This document shows positions 54,701 through 64,000 of a stretch of DNA of 64,000 nt, piece after piece. Made by a program: the position numbers and the translations under genes. Below the pieces are notes generated by a model, which saw only the letters and a list, made by a program, of their open reading frames with translations, searched no databases and was not told the origin of the DNA. This DNA comes from Octopus sinensis. Lineage: Eukaryota. How positions within the stretch are numbered: position 1 is the first letter of the stretch; each line of letters opens with the position of its first letter. The stretch spans positions 64,232,001-64,296,000 of the forward strand of contig NC_043000.1 of assembly GCF_006345805.1 (NCBI RefSeq), written 5' to 3'.

Positions 54701-55214
54701 AAAATTTTCAAGTGTTATTGCATACACAGAATAAAACCTGTTTACTGGATTTTCTTATTAAACAATAGTATTTACCTTCCTGCAAAAGCTCAGCTATTTG
54801 ATTTTCTTTTTCTTCCAGAATATCTTTATATGAAGAGTCCAATGATTTGCTGAAAATATAAGGAATAACACAAACATTGATTGATCACTTATTATTAGAG
54901 TTAACATACTTGAGATAAAATTACATTTCTTTCAAAGTTCATTTTGTTTGGCTAGTGATTGATCAGAGATCAAATGTGTTGAAATTGAGAAATTAAGACA
55001 ATTATATCCTGGAAGTGTCACAACAGCCATTAAAAAATACATGTGCACACTACACATGACTATGTGCATGCATGGTTTTGTGGTTTAAGAAGTTTGATTC
55101 CTAATAGCATAGTTTCAGGTTCAGTCTCACTCTGTGTGGTAGGTGTCTTCTACTATAGTCCTGGGATGACCAAAGCCTTTGAGGGGATTTGATGGACAAT
55201 AACACAAGAATCCC

Positions 55215-55270
<56 letters not shown>

Positions 55271-55938
55271 TGTGTGTGAGTGAGCATGTGAGAGACAGAG
55301 AGAGATATGCCTTCACATCTTGACAATGCATGACAGTTGTAAATGAGTGTCAGTTATACAACCAGCATCATTATTTCCCAACCTTATACGAGAACCAGTT
55401 CAGTCATGAGAGAACATTACCTTGCTTGGAAACAAATGAGGGTTGGTGACAGAATGGACATTTGGCTGTAGAAAGTCTGCCTCAGTGAATTCTATCTGAA
55501 TTCGCTGGGGCAGTTAAAATGATAATGATAATGATGATGAAAACCTGTTATATTCACTTTTATTTTAATTTTATATTTTATACTTTAAAGAAATGTTTCT
55601 CAACCATTTTTTTACCTACAGATCCCTTTAATTTCTATTTTACTCAGATGGACCCTCCTAGCCATTCAATGTTTAAAAAAAATTGTTAAAATACTTTGTG
55701 CATTATAAAAGTATAAGCAATTTATTCTTTTATTCTTTTACTTGTTTCAGTCATTTGACTGCGACCATGCTGCCTTAAACAATTTTCTTAGTTGAAGAAA
55801 TTGACTCCAGGACTTATTCTTTCTAAGCCTAGTACTTATTCTATCAGTCTCTTTTGCTGAACTGCTAAGTTATGGGGGCATAAATGCACCAACATCAGTT
55901 GTCAAGCAATGGTGGCAGGGACAAACACAGACACATAC

Positions 55939-56016
<78 letters not shown>

Positions 56017-57705
56017 ATGGACTTCTTTCAGTTTCTGTCTACCAAATCCACTCACAAGGCTTTGGTCAGTCTGAAGCTATAGCTGAAGACACTTGCCGAA
56101 GGTGCTGCACAGTGGAACAGAACCTGTACCCATGTGGTTGGGAAGCAAGCTTCTTACCACACAGCCATGCCTGCAGATAAATTTTAACAACAAAATTTAT
56201 GGACCCCTAAGGACCATATGGACCCTGGTTGAGAACCACTGTTTTTAAGCATCAAAACTGTCCACTATACATCTATAAATTACTCATTGACACTATATCA
56301 GTGTCAGAAATTGATGAAGAGGAACCATATCAGTAACCAGGTTGCATGTTTATGATAAAGCTTTGTGGCGCTTTATAATATTATATTACAAAATAATATA
56401 TGAAATAAAACAAGTAACTAAATATATGTGTTATATCAGGCATGACTGTTTGGTAAGATGTTTGCTTCTCAATCACATGGCTCCAGGCTCAGTCCTGCTA
56501 TGTTGCACCTTGAGCTAGTGTTTTCTATGGAAGTAGGCATGGCTGTGTGGTAAGGTCCTGGGTTCAGTTTCCTTGCATGGCACCTTGGGTAAGTATCTAC
56601 TGCTATTAATCTTGGACAGGCAAAGCCTTGTGAGTGGATCTGATATACAGTAATGGGAAGAAGCCTGTCATGTGTGTGTGTGTGTTTGTTCCCACCACCA
56701 CCACCATTTAACTGGTGTGGTTTGTTTCCATCTCCTGTAACTTAAGCAGTTTGGCAAAAAGAGATTGATAGAATAAGTACCGGGCTCAAAATTTTTAAAA
56801 AATGAATACTCGGGTTTAATTTGTTTGACTAAACCTTTCAAGGTGATACCCCAGCATAGCTGCAATCCAATGAATGAAATAAGTAAAAGATAACATCATC
56901 AAATTTCCTTACTTTTGAGTGTTTTCTTCAATAGTTTTCTGTAGCTGTTTCTTCAAACTCTCTTTCTCCTAAAATCAGAATAATCACAAGTTACAAAGAC
57001 AGGATTTAGAAAGAAAAACTAGATCTGGAATTTTCTTTAAAGTAAAACAAAAAAAAAGGGCGAACATACTCTGAGCACAGTCTGTACTTTCTTTTCGGAT
57101 TCTGCTAACCGTTCTGTAAACTCTTCTGTGAGAATATGGATATCAGCTTGTTCTGTTTCTCGAATCTCTTCAGACTGCTGTAATTGGCTAAAATGAGACA
57201 TTCATTAATTTTACTTTTCACATCTAGTTGTCATTGATTATATAACTCTTTGGCATTTAAAGCAGTTATACAAAGTCCAAATATTCTATCTCTTTTATGT
57301 TAAAACTGACTAGAACCAGCCTTTCACACTTATGCTGCAATGTCATTCTAAAAATAAACAATCACATCACTGAAACCTCAAATCTATGAAATAAGCCATG
57401 ATTAGTCCAACATATTGTAAATAAATAACCATCACATTTGACAGAGTAATCTGAATGCTAAAGGGTTAAGTCTTGTTTCTGTTCAATAGGTAATTAATTC
57501 AATAATTATAAATTAGAAAACATATATAAACAAAATAATATTTATGCATAAATTCCAGGGTTTCTACAGTTCTAAACGCATTAGTCTAATCAGAGACTTA
57601 CTTCCGAAGTATACTGTTTGTTTCTAAAAGATCATTATTTTCTCGGCTCAGCTGAACAAGCTTATTCTCTCGATGTTGAAGGACTTCAGATAATTCAGCC
57701 AGTTT
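31210..57705 (-). CDS. TMF1: TATA element modulatory factor 1 (golgin TMF1/ARA160), 5'-partial; 20 coding exons, 1974 nt, 657 aa plus stop
   Basis: Coiled-coil exons join in phase and show TMF1 hallmarks: EEFTERLAESEKKVQ, GEKLSKQQLQSNNIIKKLR, ATRPLLRQIENLQ, LLENLQSQLKQKEGEI, YNALLQMYGEKVEEAEELRMDLQDIKKMYKDQIDHLLAK*. All introns are GT-AG. I found no convincing upstream exon before 64000. Confidence 0.95.
32133..32243 (-). CDS. TMF1: TMF1 exon (111 nt)
   Basis: ELYQRYNALLQMYGEKVEEAEELRMDLQDIKKMYKDQ|GTAAGA. Confidence 0.96.
32405..32740 (+). mobile_element. tRNA-derived SINE, same family
   Basis: Colinear but diverged match to 22733-23110. Confidence 0.7.
33100..33225 (-). CDS. TMF1: TMF1 exon (126 nt)
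   Basis: DDISQLERTRESMARELVNLSNLNDNLQEQVTELPEIKEKHS|GTAAGT. Confidence 0.94.
33721..33882 (-). CDS. TMF1: TMF1 exon (162 nt)
   Basis: DDLDKSLL...AANLLENLQSQLKQKEGEITQLQ|GTAATT. Confidence 0.94.
34132..34462. mobile_element. Hairpin element flanked by a 13-bp direct repeat
   Basis: Arms 34189-34320 and 34332-34452; CAAAATAGAGTTA at 34132-34144 and 34450-34462. Confidence 0.75.
35666..35791 (-). CDS. TMF1: TMF1 exon (126 nt), Ser/Pro-rich linker
   Basis: EKNFYSRGSPSPISSNRTSPNNPIEATSISMTNSLSASGLSQ|GTAATA. Confidence 0.85.
37440..39640 (-). mobile_element. Penelope-like retroelement (Naiad-type), 5'-truncated and decayed, family B, in a TMF1 intron
   Basis: [70 protein letters not shown]...KKHFP...VKVSYS, CNC..PLDGSC..ILYRA, CQLCL. 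3' tail ends in a hammerhead motif. Confidence 0.9.
37501..37567 (-). ncRNA. Type I hammerhead ribozyme motif of Naiad family B, A15.1 changed to G
   Basis: Minus strand ATTCAAATTC-AAAA-TGG-CTGAAGA-CT-AGC-ATCAC-GCT-T-GAAG-CTC-AA-GAG-TA-CCA-AC-GAATTTGAAT; perfect 10-bp distal stem I. Confidence 0.7.
39962..40054 (-). CDS. TMF1: TMF1 exon (93 nt)
   Basis: VYLEAQLEIEKTKVDNEKKKLIQSLEQIKEM|GTATGT. Confidence 0.9.
42441..42510 (-). CDS. TMF1: TMF1 exon (70 nt)
   Basis: ATCQLAALRQQMSNEVMELKKDK|GTAAAT. Confidence 0.88.
43290..43482 (-). CDS. TMF1: TMF1 exon (193 nt)
   Basis: AAG acceptor after a long pyrimidine tract; EIQQQLAVAEEKEN...LEMEKSKREMLEDSQN|GTAAAT. Confidence 0.9.
43958..44059 (-). CDS. 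TMF1: TMF1 exon (102 nt)
   Basis: ATRPLLRQIENLQSTYGAQSLLWEKREKALTERI|GTAAGT. Confidence 0.95.
45195..45249 (-). CDS. TMF1: TMF1 exon (55 nt)
   Basis: RLQEDEARNQDLTISVTS|GTAAGA. Confidence 0.92.
45499..45835 (+). mobile_element. tRNA-derived SINE, same family
   Basis: Colinear but diverged match to 22733-23110. Confidence 0.7.
46142..46234 (-). CDS. TMF1: TMF1 exon (93 nt)
   Basis: IEDLQINLSRQEKEHTRHEDLLKREISDLQQ|GTTTGA. Confidence 0.92.
50047..50203 (-). CDS. TMF1: TMF1 exon (157 nt)
   Basis: EIAELNKTNAARDSKVQEAVLSAELQVREEFNYSMEKDRQKARLEKESFICQ|GTAAGA. Confidence 0.93.
50294..50358 (-). CDS. TMF1: TMF1 exon (65 nt)
   Basis: TDLDESQEKVRGLQVALDNSY|GTAAGT. Confidence 0.92.
50804..50865 (-). 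CDS. TMF1: TMF1 exon (62 nt)
   Basis: ETISKLNSALVKQEKEVTKLK|GTAAAT. Confidence 0.9.
51587..51672 (-). CDS. TMF1: TMF1 exon (86 nt)
   Basis: KKLEELKTESDDLKAVLDSNEDTGKKQS|GTATGT. Confidence 0.9.
53933..54029 (-). CDS. TMF1: TMF1 exon (97 nt)
   Basis: GEKLSKQQLQSNNIIKKLRTKEKENDSLIASQ|GTAAGT. Confidence 0.94.
54179..54406 (-). mobile_element. piggyBac-type MITE, same family
   Basis: TTAA-TCCTTTAGCATT...AATTCTAAAGAG-TTAA. Confidence 0.8.
54776..54849 (-). CDS. TMF1: TMF1 exon (74 nt)
   Basis: KSLDSSYKDILEEKENQIAELLQE|GTAAAT. Confidence 0.9.
55218..55280. repeat. (GT)n microsatellite within a SINE remnant
   Basis: Directly visible. Confidence 0.9.
55595..56241. mobile_element. hAT/Charlie-like MITE interrupted by a SINE
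   Basis: Ends ATGTTTCTCAACC ... GGTTGAGAACCACTG (CAGTGGTTCTCAACC-type TIR). Confidence 0.5.
55731..56174 (-). mobile_element. tRNA-derived SINE, same family, nested in a hAT-like MITE
   Basis: Reverse-complement match; internal (TA)n at ~55947-56012. Confidence 0.8.
56535..56890 (+). mobile_element. tRNA-derived SINE, same family
   Basis: Colinear match to 22733-23110. Confidence 0.75.
56913..56968 (-). CDS. TMF1: TMF1 exon (56 nt)
   Basis: EKESLKKQLQKTIEENTQ|GTAAGG. Confidence 0.88.
57070..57187 (-). CDS. TMF1: TMF1 exon (118 nt)
   Basis: QLQQSEEIRETEQADIHILTEEFTERLAESEKKVQTVLR|GTATGT. Confidence 0.93.
57280..57469 (-). mobile_element. piggyBac-type MITE, same family, partial
   Basis: Intact end AATGCTAAAGGGTTAA; body matches 54179-54406. 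Confidence 0.7.
57602..57705 (-). CDS. TMF1: TMF1 exon (104 nt)
   Basis: TTTTAG|KLAELSEVLQHRENKLVQLSRENNDLLETNSILR|GTAAGT. Confidence 0.9.
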
Positions 57706-59169
57706 CTAAAATATAACAAAAATTAATTAAGAATAATTTTATACAAGTAATACAATGTTTCAATTTAAAAATATTAAATGCCTTAATGAAATATAAAAAA
57801 AGTCTTCATGTAACTTTACTTGGTATAGTAACATAATTTGTATGTAACTACTTATCTATAAACATATTACCATATGAATGAATTGTTTTATCTTTTCCTT
57901 ATAAAAGTTATAAATATTTTCCCCACTTCATTTTAATGATTAAGAAAATTAATTTGTCTATCTTATAGATCACAACTTTCAAATATTGTGAATTTTTACA
58001 AAAGAAAAAGAATAAGATATAACTAATTTTTAAATAAATAAGACTTTTATATTAACAAAAAAAAAAAAAGAAAACACCGAGAGTAATTTTTAGATCCAAT
58101 AAATAACAAAGATAGTGTAACATGTACTGCAATTAATTAAAGATATTTCAAAATATGGCAGTATTGGAATTAAAAAAAATTTTTTTTTAAATGATATACA
58201 ATGAATTGAAACGGAAAAAAAGCATTCACAATATATTAGAGTAAAAATATTTCTCAATGCAAATGTCATATTTGAAAGAAAAAAAAAACAATAAAAAATA
58301 CACAATAAAAGAAAATGTCAGAATGATTTATTAGTATTTACATTTTAGTGTTGATACAAATTTGAATGATATTTCCCTTTTTTAATAAAATAAAATTAGA
58401 GAAATGAAATGAAAAAGTTTAACTAAAAAAACCCAATTTATAATTGAATGATTTAATGTTAAAAGAGACATTATATGCAAACAATTTTGAAACAAAACTC
58501 AAATATACATTGTTGATTTTACTATAAATCAACTGCTCTACAACTATTGCTAATTAAGCAGCTTTTCAGGAGACAATATCATATACAGATTAACTACTGA
58601 CATTGTATATCATTTAAAATTTCTGTAGTAAACCATCAGAATATTCATAATGAATACAATAAATTAATACTATAACTGCAATTGTTAAGATTTTTTGTAC
58701 AAAAAAACAATTTTCCCTATATTTAAGTTTTAGGAGAGAAGCAGCAGACATCAAACTACCTATCCTCCATTAGAAACTCCCTTCTTCCTATCAGGTACAA
58801 AACTTCAGAAAAAAAAAAATGGAAAGATACTTCAGACAGATCTCTCAAAGGCAAGGAACATCATCATTTTAACACTCACTTTTCCAGTGTGAAAAAAGTG
58901 TCTATAGATTTTCTATGGCCAGATGCCCTTCCTGGCATTTGACCAAAGAATAGGGGTATAAATTCTTCTGGGAAGGAAAAGACATTGAAGTGGGTGGTGT
59001 AGGCATATTACTGGTAGAGAAATTGAAGTCATTGAAGTAATCAAAGTATGTAGTAGAATAATTAAGCTTAGACACAACATAGATAACATGACAGCAAAAC
59101 AGTTACCCTCCATATGCACCACAATCAGGACTGACAGACCAGTAAAAGGACCGTTTCAACAAGTTTCTC

Positions 59170-60715
59170 TTGCAAACTACCTTAGTAACAAATGACAGCA
59201 ACCTCAAAAAACTGACAGTGTCATCTGATAACTTACCAATAAGTCAAATATGAAAACCAGGTAGACTAAAGTCATTAGAGGGTGTGAAAGACAATTAGCT
59301 GTGAATACTAAATCCTTTCCTGGTGAAGAATGTGCTACTCAACAAGAACAAGTGATAAGTGATCTTGGGCTCAGTGCTAGACAGACTCAGTGATACAGGA
59401 CAACTTGGAGAAGATATGGAAGTTGAAAGATGTAGATGCAAAGAAATACTAATTGGTGTGGATGATGAGAAGGGGATAGAGGCAGAGAATTATGATGACA
59501 AAAGGGAGTTTCTTCAAAACAACCTGCTGTGAATCTCAGAGCAGATTGGATAAAACAAGGTTCCATTCAGAAAGAAAGTGACTTGATGGTAGGATCTGAA
59601 AAGATTGAAAGAAGGATAAGGAGCGCAAGAAACAATATCAGGTAACAAGTAAAGAAACTAAACATCAGTTATCTTTAGCAAGTAGAGTAACAGAAAGTAA
59701 GAGGTTCGTTAATGTTCTGAGACAAGATCAGAGACATCATTGCTTTCAAGTCCAAAGCAGCATGTCTGTGTGAATCAAGAAGTTGTTGGGGTAAATGTGC
59801 ATACAGCATGATTACACAGTTGCCTTGAAGGTGGAGAGGGACCAGCTTTGACGCTAACAAATATATAATCAAAAGTGGAATTAAGGACATGGAAAAATGG
59901 AAACCGTAATGGATAGTCAGTGAGATTGCATGGTTAATCAAGTAGTACAAAGTCCTCACAAATGCTTCAGAAAAAAAGGTAACTATAGAGGCAACAAATT
60001 GAGAGACTAGGTTATGAAAGTGACAGAAAGATAATAGCCAAGTGATGAGGAAGAGACTGAACTAAGATGAAATGAAATATGGTTTGGGTTCATAACTAGA
60101 CATGGCACTATTGTTGCCTTCTTCATAGTCAGACAAGTAAGCTGGTGGAAGTCTTTGACAGGGTAGCATGCTCTGTTGTCTGATGGTTGCTAAAAAAGAC
60201 TGTGTAGAAGAAAGGCTTGTGAGAGCTGTGCAAATTATATATAAAGATACTGTTAACAAGATGAGAATTGGTTCTTTGAGGAATTTAGCATACAGGTAGG
60301 AGTTCACAGGCCTCAGTTCTCAGTCTCTCTTATTTTCTATGTCATAACAAAGGAATTTAAGACTGGCTATCCATGAGAATGCCTGCATACCAATGGTCTA
60401 GTTTTGTTGAAGAATCGGAGAAAAAATTTCAAAATGTAAAAACGAAGCTTGGACTCAGGTAAAACAGAGATATTCAATGCAGAGAATGTGAAAAGACTGG
60501 AAAGAAATAAGGTGAACATGCTCTGTTGGGTGTGTAATGTTAGTGTACATAAATGATACAGCATAAGAGAAAAAGAGAGATAAGTGTAAAGGGAATTAGA
60601 TATAGCATGCAAGAGACAAGACTGTGCTGATACAGACACGTGATGCATATCAAGACACTGTGTTAAAATAGACCCATCCAAACCCATGCAAGCAGGGATT
60701 TTAAAATGATGATAA
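59170..60715 (+). mobile_element. Decayed RTE-clade LINE (APE endonuclease/RT remnants)
   Basis: GEECATQ...VISD, and a GVH-(Q)GSVLS-LLF-like segment at ~60295-60340; ends in the RTE tail CCCATGCAAGC...ATGATGAT. Confidence 0.6.
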
Positions 60716-61979
60716 TTTTTAGATTTCTGTAGTCAACTTTCATTTGACTAATTTACACATATTGTTAATTTTTAAGTACTATGATTTAATTATTTTGTTA
60801 ATTTGTCAAAAATTGAGTTTAAAAGACATTCTGAATTACTAATTATTATTATACAAAACTTTTTCAAAAGTAAATTTAACTATTGTTGGCTTGAAAGAAA
60901 AACATTAAAAAAATTTTAAACAAGCCCGTTAGGAAATATTTTTGAAATTTTACAAGATAAATGATTATCATGAACAGTAATAAGACATATGAAAGTGATT
61001 TTAATTATAAATTTCAAAGGGAGTAGCTATAGTGGAATGAAATGTCTGTTAAGATTATACAGACAATATTTTGTTAAAATGAAAAGATATTCAATTTCAT
61101 CAAACATAAGAATAAAAAGTTTATCAAAATGTATGAGCAAGTTTTAAATCCTGTGTTTTTCTAACAAAAGTCCTTATTGTGATAGGAGTTATAGATTCAA
61201 TTTTTGAACTGTTAGATTAAGACTCTTTCTCAAATTCAAAGAAATCAAGCTTACAAGAATGATTATGGTAATACTATATGGACTGAACATTTGGTTCTTC
61301 TAGTATAACAACACAATCCATCAATAGTATCTGTTTTTATGATAATAGTAGTATGTAGTAACATTAAACATTTTGCTGGCAATCTATTTTCATACAATTT
61401 AACTGGCTGTATGCTGGTCTGCTTTACTCTGCAATTTCAAACCTGGTTAACACTGATTTAAGAAATTCTTCTACTTCACAACAAAAGAGGAAAACACACA
61501 GAAAAGAAAAAAAATTTTAGTAACTAGATTTTAAAAATTAGCATTATTTCTACAACAATTTCTCAAATGAAAAGAATACTCAGTGCAAGTAAAGAAACAA
61601 AATATTCTTCGTTCTTTCTTTCAAAGGAACTTTAGGAAATGTTTTTAGGAAAAAGGAAACATAAATAAATTGCCAACTAAAAAAAGACAAATGTCAAAAT
61701 AAAGTACACTTCTTTCATCATCATTTAACTCATAAGAACACAGAAAATTGGGGACATACTTCCTGAAAAATAATTTTGTCATATCACAATCATCATCAAC
61801 AACATATAACATCCGTTTTCCATGCTGGCATGGGTTGGATGGCTTGACAGGAAGTGGCAAGGCCAGAGGCTGAACCAGGTTCCATAGTCTGTTTTAGTTT
61901 AGTTTCTACAACTGGATACCCTTCCTAATTCAAACCACTCTATAGTCTACTGGCTGCTTTTAATGTGACACCGTCACCA

Positions 61980-62035
61980 TCATATATATATATATATATA
62001 CATGCACACACACACAAAAATATATACATATACAA

Positions 62036-62083
<48 letters not shown>

Positions 62084-62173
62084 TTATACACATATATATA
62101 CACACATATATACACACACACATATATATATACACATATGCACATACATATATATATACACATATATATATAC

Positions 62174-62217
<44 letters not shown>

Positions 62218-62535
62218 ACATATATATATATATACACATATATATATACATATACATATATATACACATATACATATACATATATATACACATATATATA
62301 TACATATACATATATATATACATATATATACAAATACAGATAAGAGGAAAAAATCTATCAGAAAGGAACTCTAATCTTTTGATAAGCATAACAAATGCGC
62401 AACCGGTAAAGAGAACTTTCACCTAATTAAATTACTTAAATTATTTTGTCAGCATTTTCTTCATTCCTTTTTATACATATACATATATATACATATACAC
62501 ACACACACATACATACATATATATATATATATATA

Positions 62536-62576
<41 letters not shown>

Positions 62577-63819
62577 GTATACATATACATACATATATAT
62601 ATATATACGCATACATATATATATACATATATATATGCATACATATACATATACATATACACATATATATACATATATACATATACACATATATATACAT
62701 ATACACATATATACATATACACATATATATACATATATACATATTCACACATATATATATACACACGTATACCGTAAATCTTTGAGTATAGTCTGCCCTT
62801 GAGTATAATATGCAGAGGATTGGGGGGGGGGAGGTCTGTACCCCTGAAAACCTAAACCTTGTGTATAATATGCACCGCTTCTCTAACTTGAGTCGTGCGT
62901 AATTAAGCCAACAGCATCTAGTTGAACAAACACTTCCGCACATGCGTAACACAATAATGGTGATGTTCTTAACTGTTATATGGGAATGTAAATATGTTTG
63001 CAAATTGTTTTTGTTATATGTTATTCTGTGTTCTGAATAATTTTAATAAATGTTGCTTACTGCAAGTTATGGGTGATTCTTTTATGACTCATTGCTGGAC
63101 AGCAAATAGAGACTCGGACATTGCTTAGAAAATATTTTTCATTTTTAACTTCGTATATAGTACGCACTAGGGATTTTGACCTTTAAATTTTTGGAAAAAA
63201 ATGTGGATTATACTTGAGGATTTACGGTACATATATGTATACACACACACACACACATATATATATATACATGTATATATGCATATAAATATATACATAT
63301 ATATACATAGATATATACATATACATACATATATATACATATACATACATATATATACATATATATACACATATATATATACATATACATATATATACAA
63401 ATACACACACACACACACATATATACATATATGTATACATATACACATATATACAAATACACACACACATATATATATATATACATATTCATATATACAT
63501 ATATATATATATATACATATTCATATATTCATATATACATATATATATACATACATATTCATATATTCATATATACATATATATATATATACATATACAT
63601 ATTCATATATACACATATATATATATATTACATATTCATATATACATATATATTATATATATATATATATACATATACATATTCATATATATATATATAT
63701 ATATATATACATATTCATATATCATATATACATATATATATACATATTCATATATACACATATATATATATACATATATACATATTCATATATACATATA
63801 TATATATATATACATATTC

Positions 63820-63871
<52 letters not shown>

Positions 63872-63882
63872 TATATATACAT
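61980..63882. repeat. Large compound (TA)n/(CA)n/(TATACA)n microsatellite field
   Basis: Directly visible; produces the YI/HI-rich spurious ORFs. Confidence 0.95.
62772..63227. mobile_element. Tc1/pogo-type MITE with TA TSD, inserted in a TA microsatellite
   Basis: TA-CCGTAAATCTTTGAGTATA ... TATACTTGAGGATTTACGG-TA. Confidence 0.8.
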
Positions 63883-64000
63883 AACGTTATATAATTAGGG
63901 TTCAGTAAATAATTTACTTTACCACACACCAAACTTTTAGAAATAGCAGCCAAAAAATCTTAGCTAATTCTTCTACTATAAGAAAAGTCTCCTAGACAAT

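Noticed and set aside
59170-60700. Purine-rich block as the large TMF1 5' exon
   Set aside because: There is no open minus-strand frame; plus-strand remnants match RTE LINE motifs and end in an RTE tail.
61960-63884. Many long ORFs rich in Y, I, H and T
   Set aside because: These are translations of TA/CA microsatellites.
1-64000. CRISPR arrays, tRNA or rRNA genes
   Set aside because: None are supported. A/B-box sequences belong to SINE heads, and the 62-bp repeat lacks unique spacers.

Overview
AT-rich, repeat-dense eukaryotic genomic DNA, very likely an octopus or other coleoid cephalopod (inferred from the tRNA-SINE, RTE-tail and MITE repertoire and the microsatellite load). There are two minus-strand protein-coding genes, rebuilt by hand from splice sites and reading-frame phase. 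CDK9 is complete: 4 coding exons, 4778-19241, 366 aa. TMF1 is represented by its 3' 20 coding exons (31210-57705, 657 aa), with the 5' part beyond the window. A CpG-retaining promoter lies at about 19.1-19.5 kb, with a possible divergent spliced plus-strand transcript. The most interesting accessory system is a set of Penelope-like retroelements of Naiad type from two families, which carry four type I hammerhead ribozyme motifs (two with intact cores, two with core mutations). One element is bracketed by inverted ribozyme termini, has a ~270-bp fold-back, and has a ~830-nt Ser/Thr/Asn/Pro-rich insertion between the two signature motifs of its GIY-YIG endonuclease. The remainder is an internally deleted mariner, RTE LINE relics, SINEs, several MITE families and long TA/CA microsatellites. 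Most short ORFs in the supplied track are artefacts of these repeats. All translations, pairings and coordinates were derived by eye; no database searches were run.
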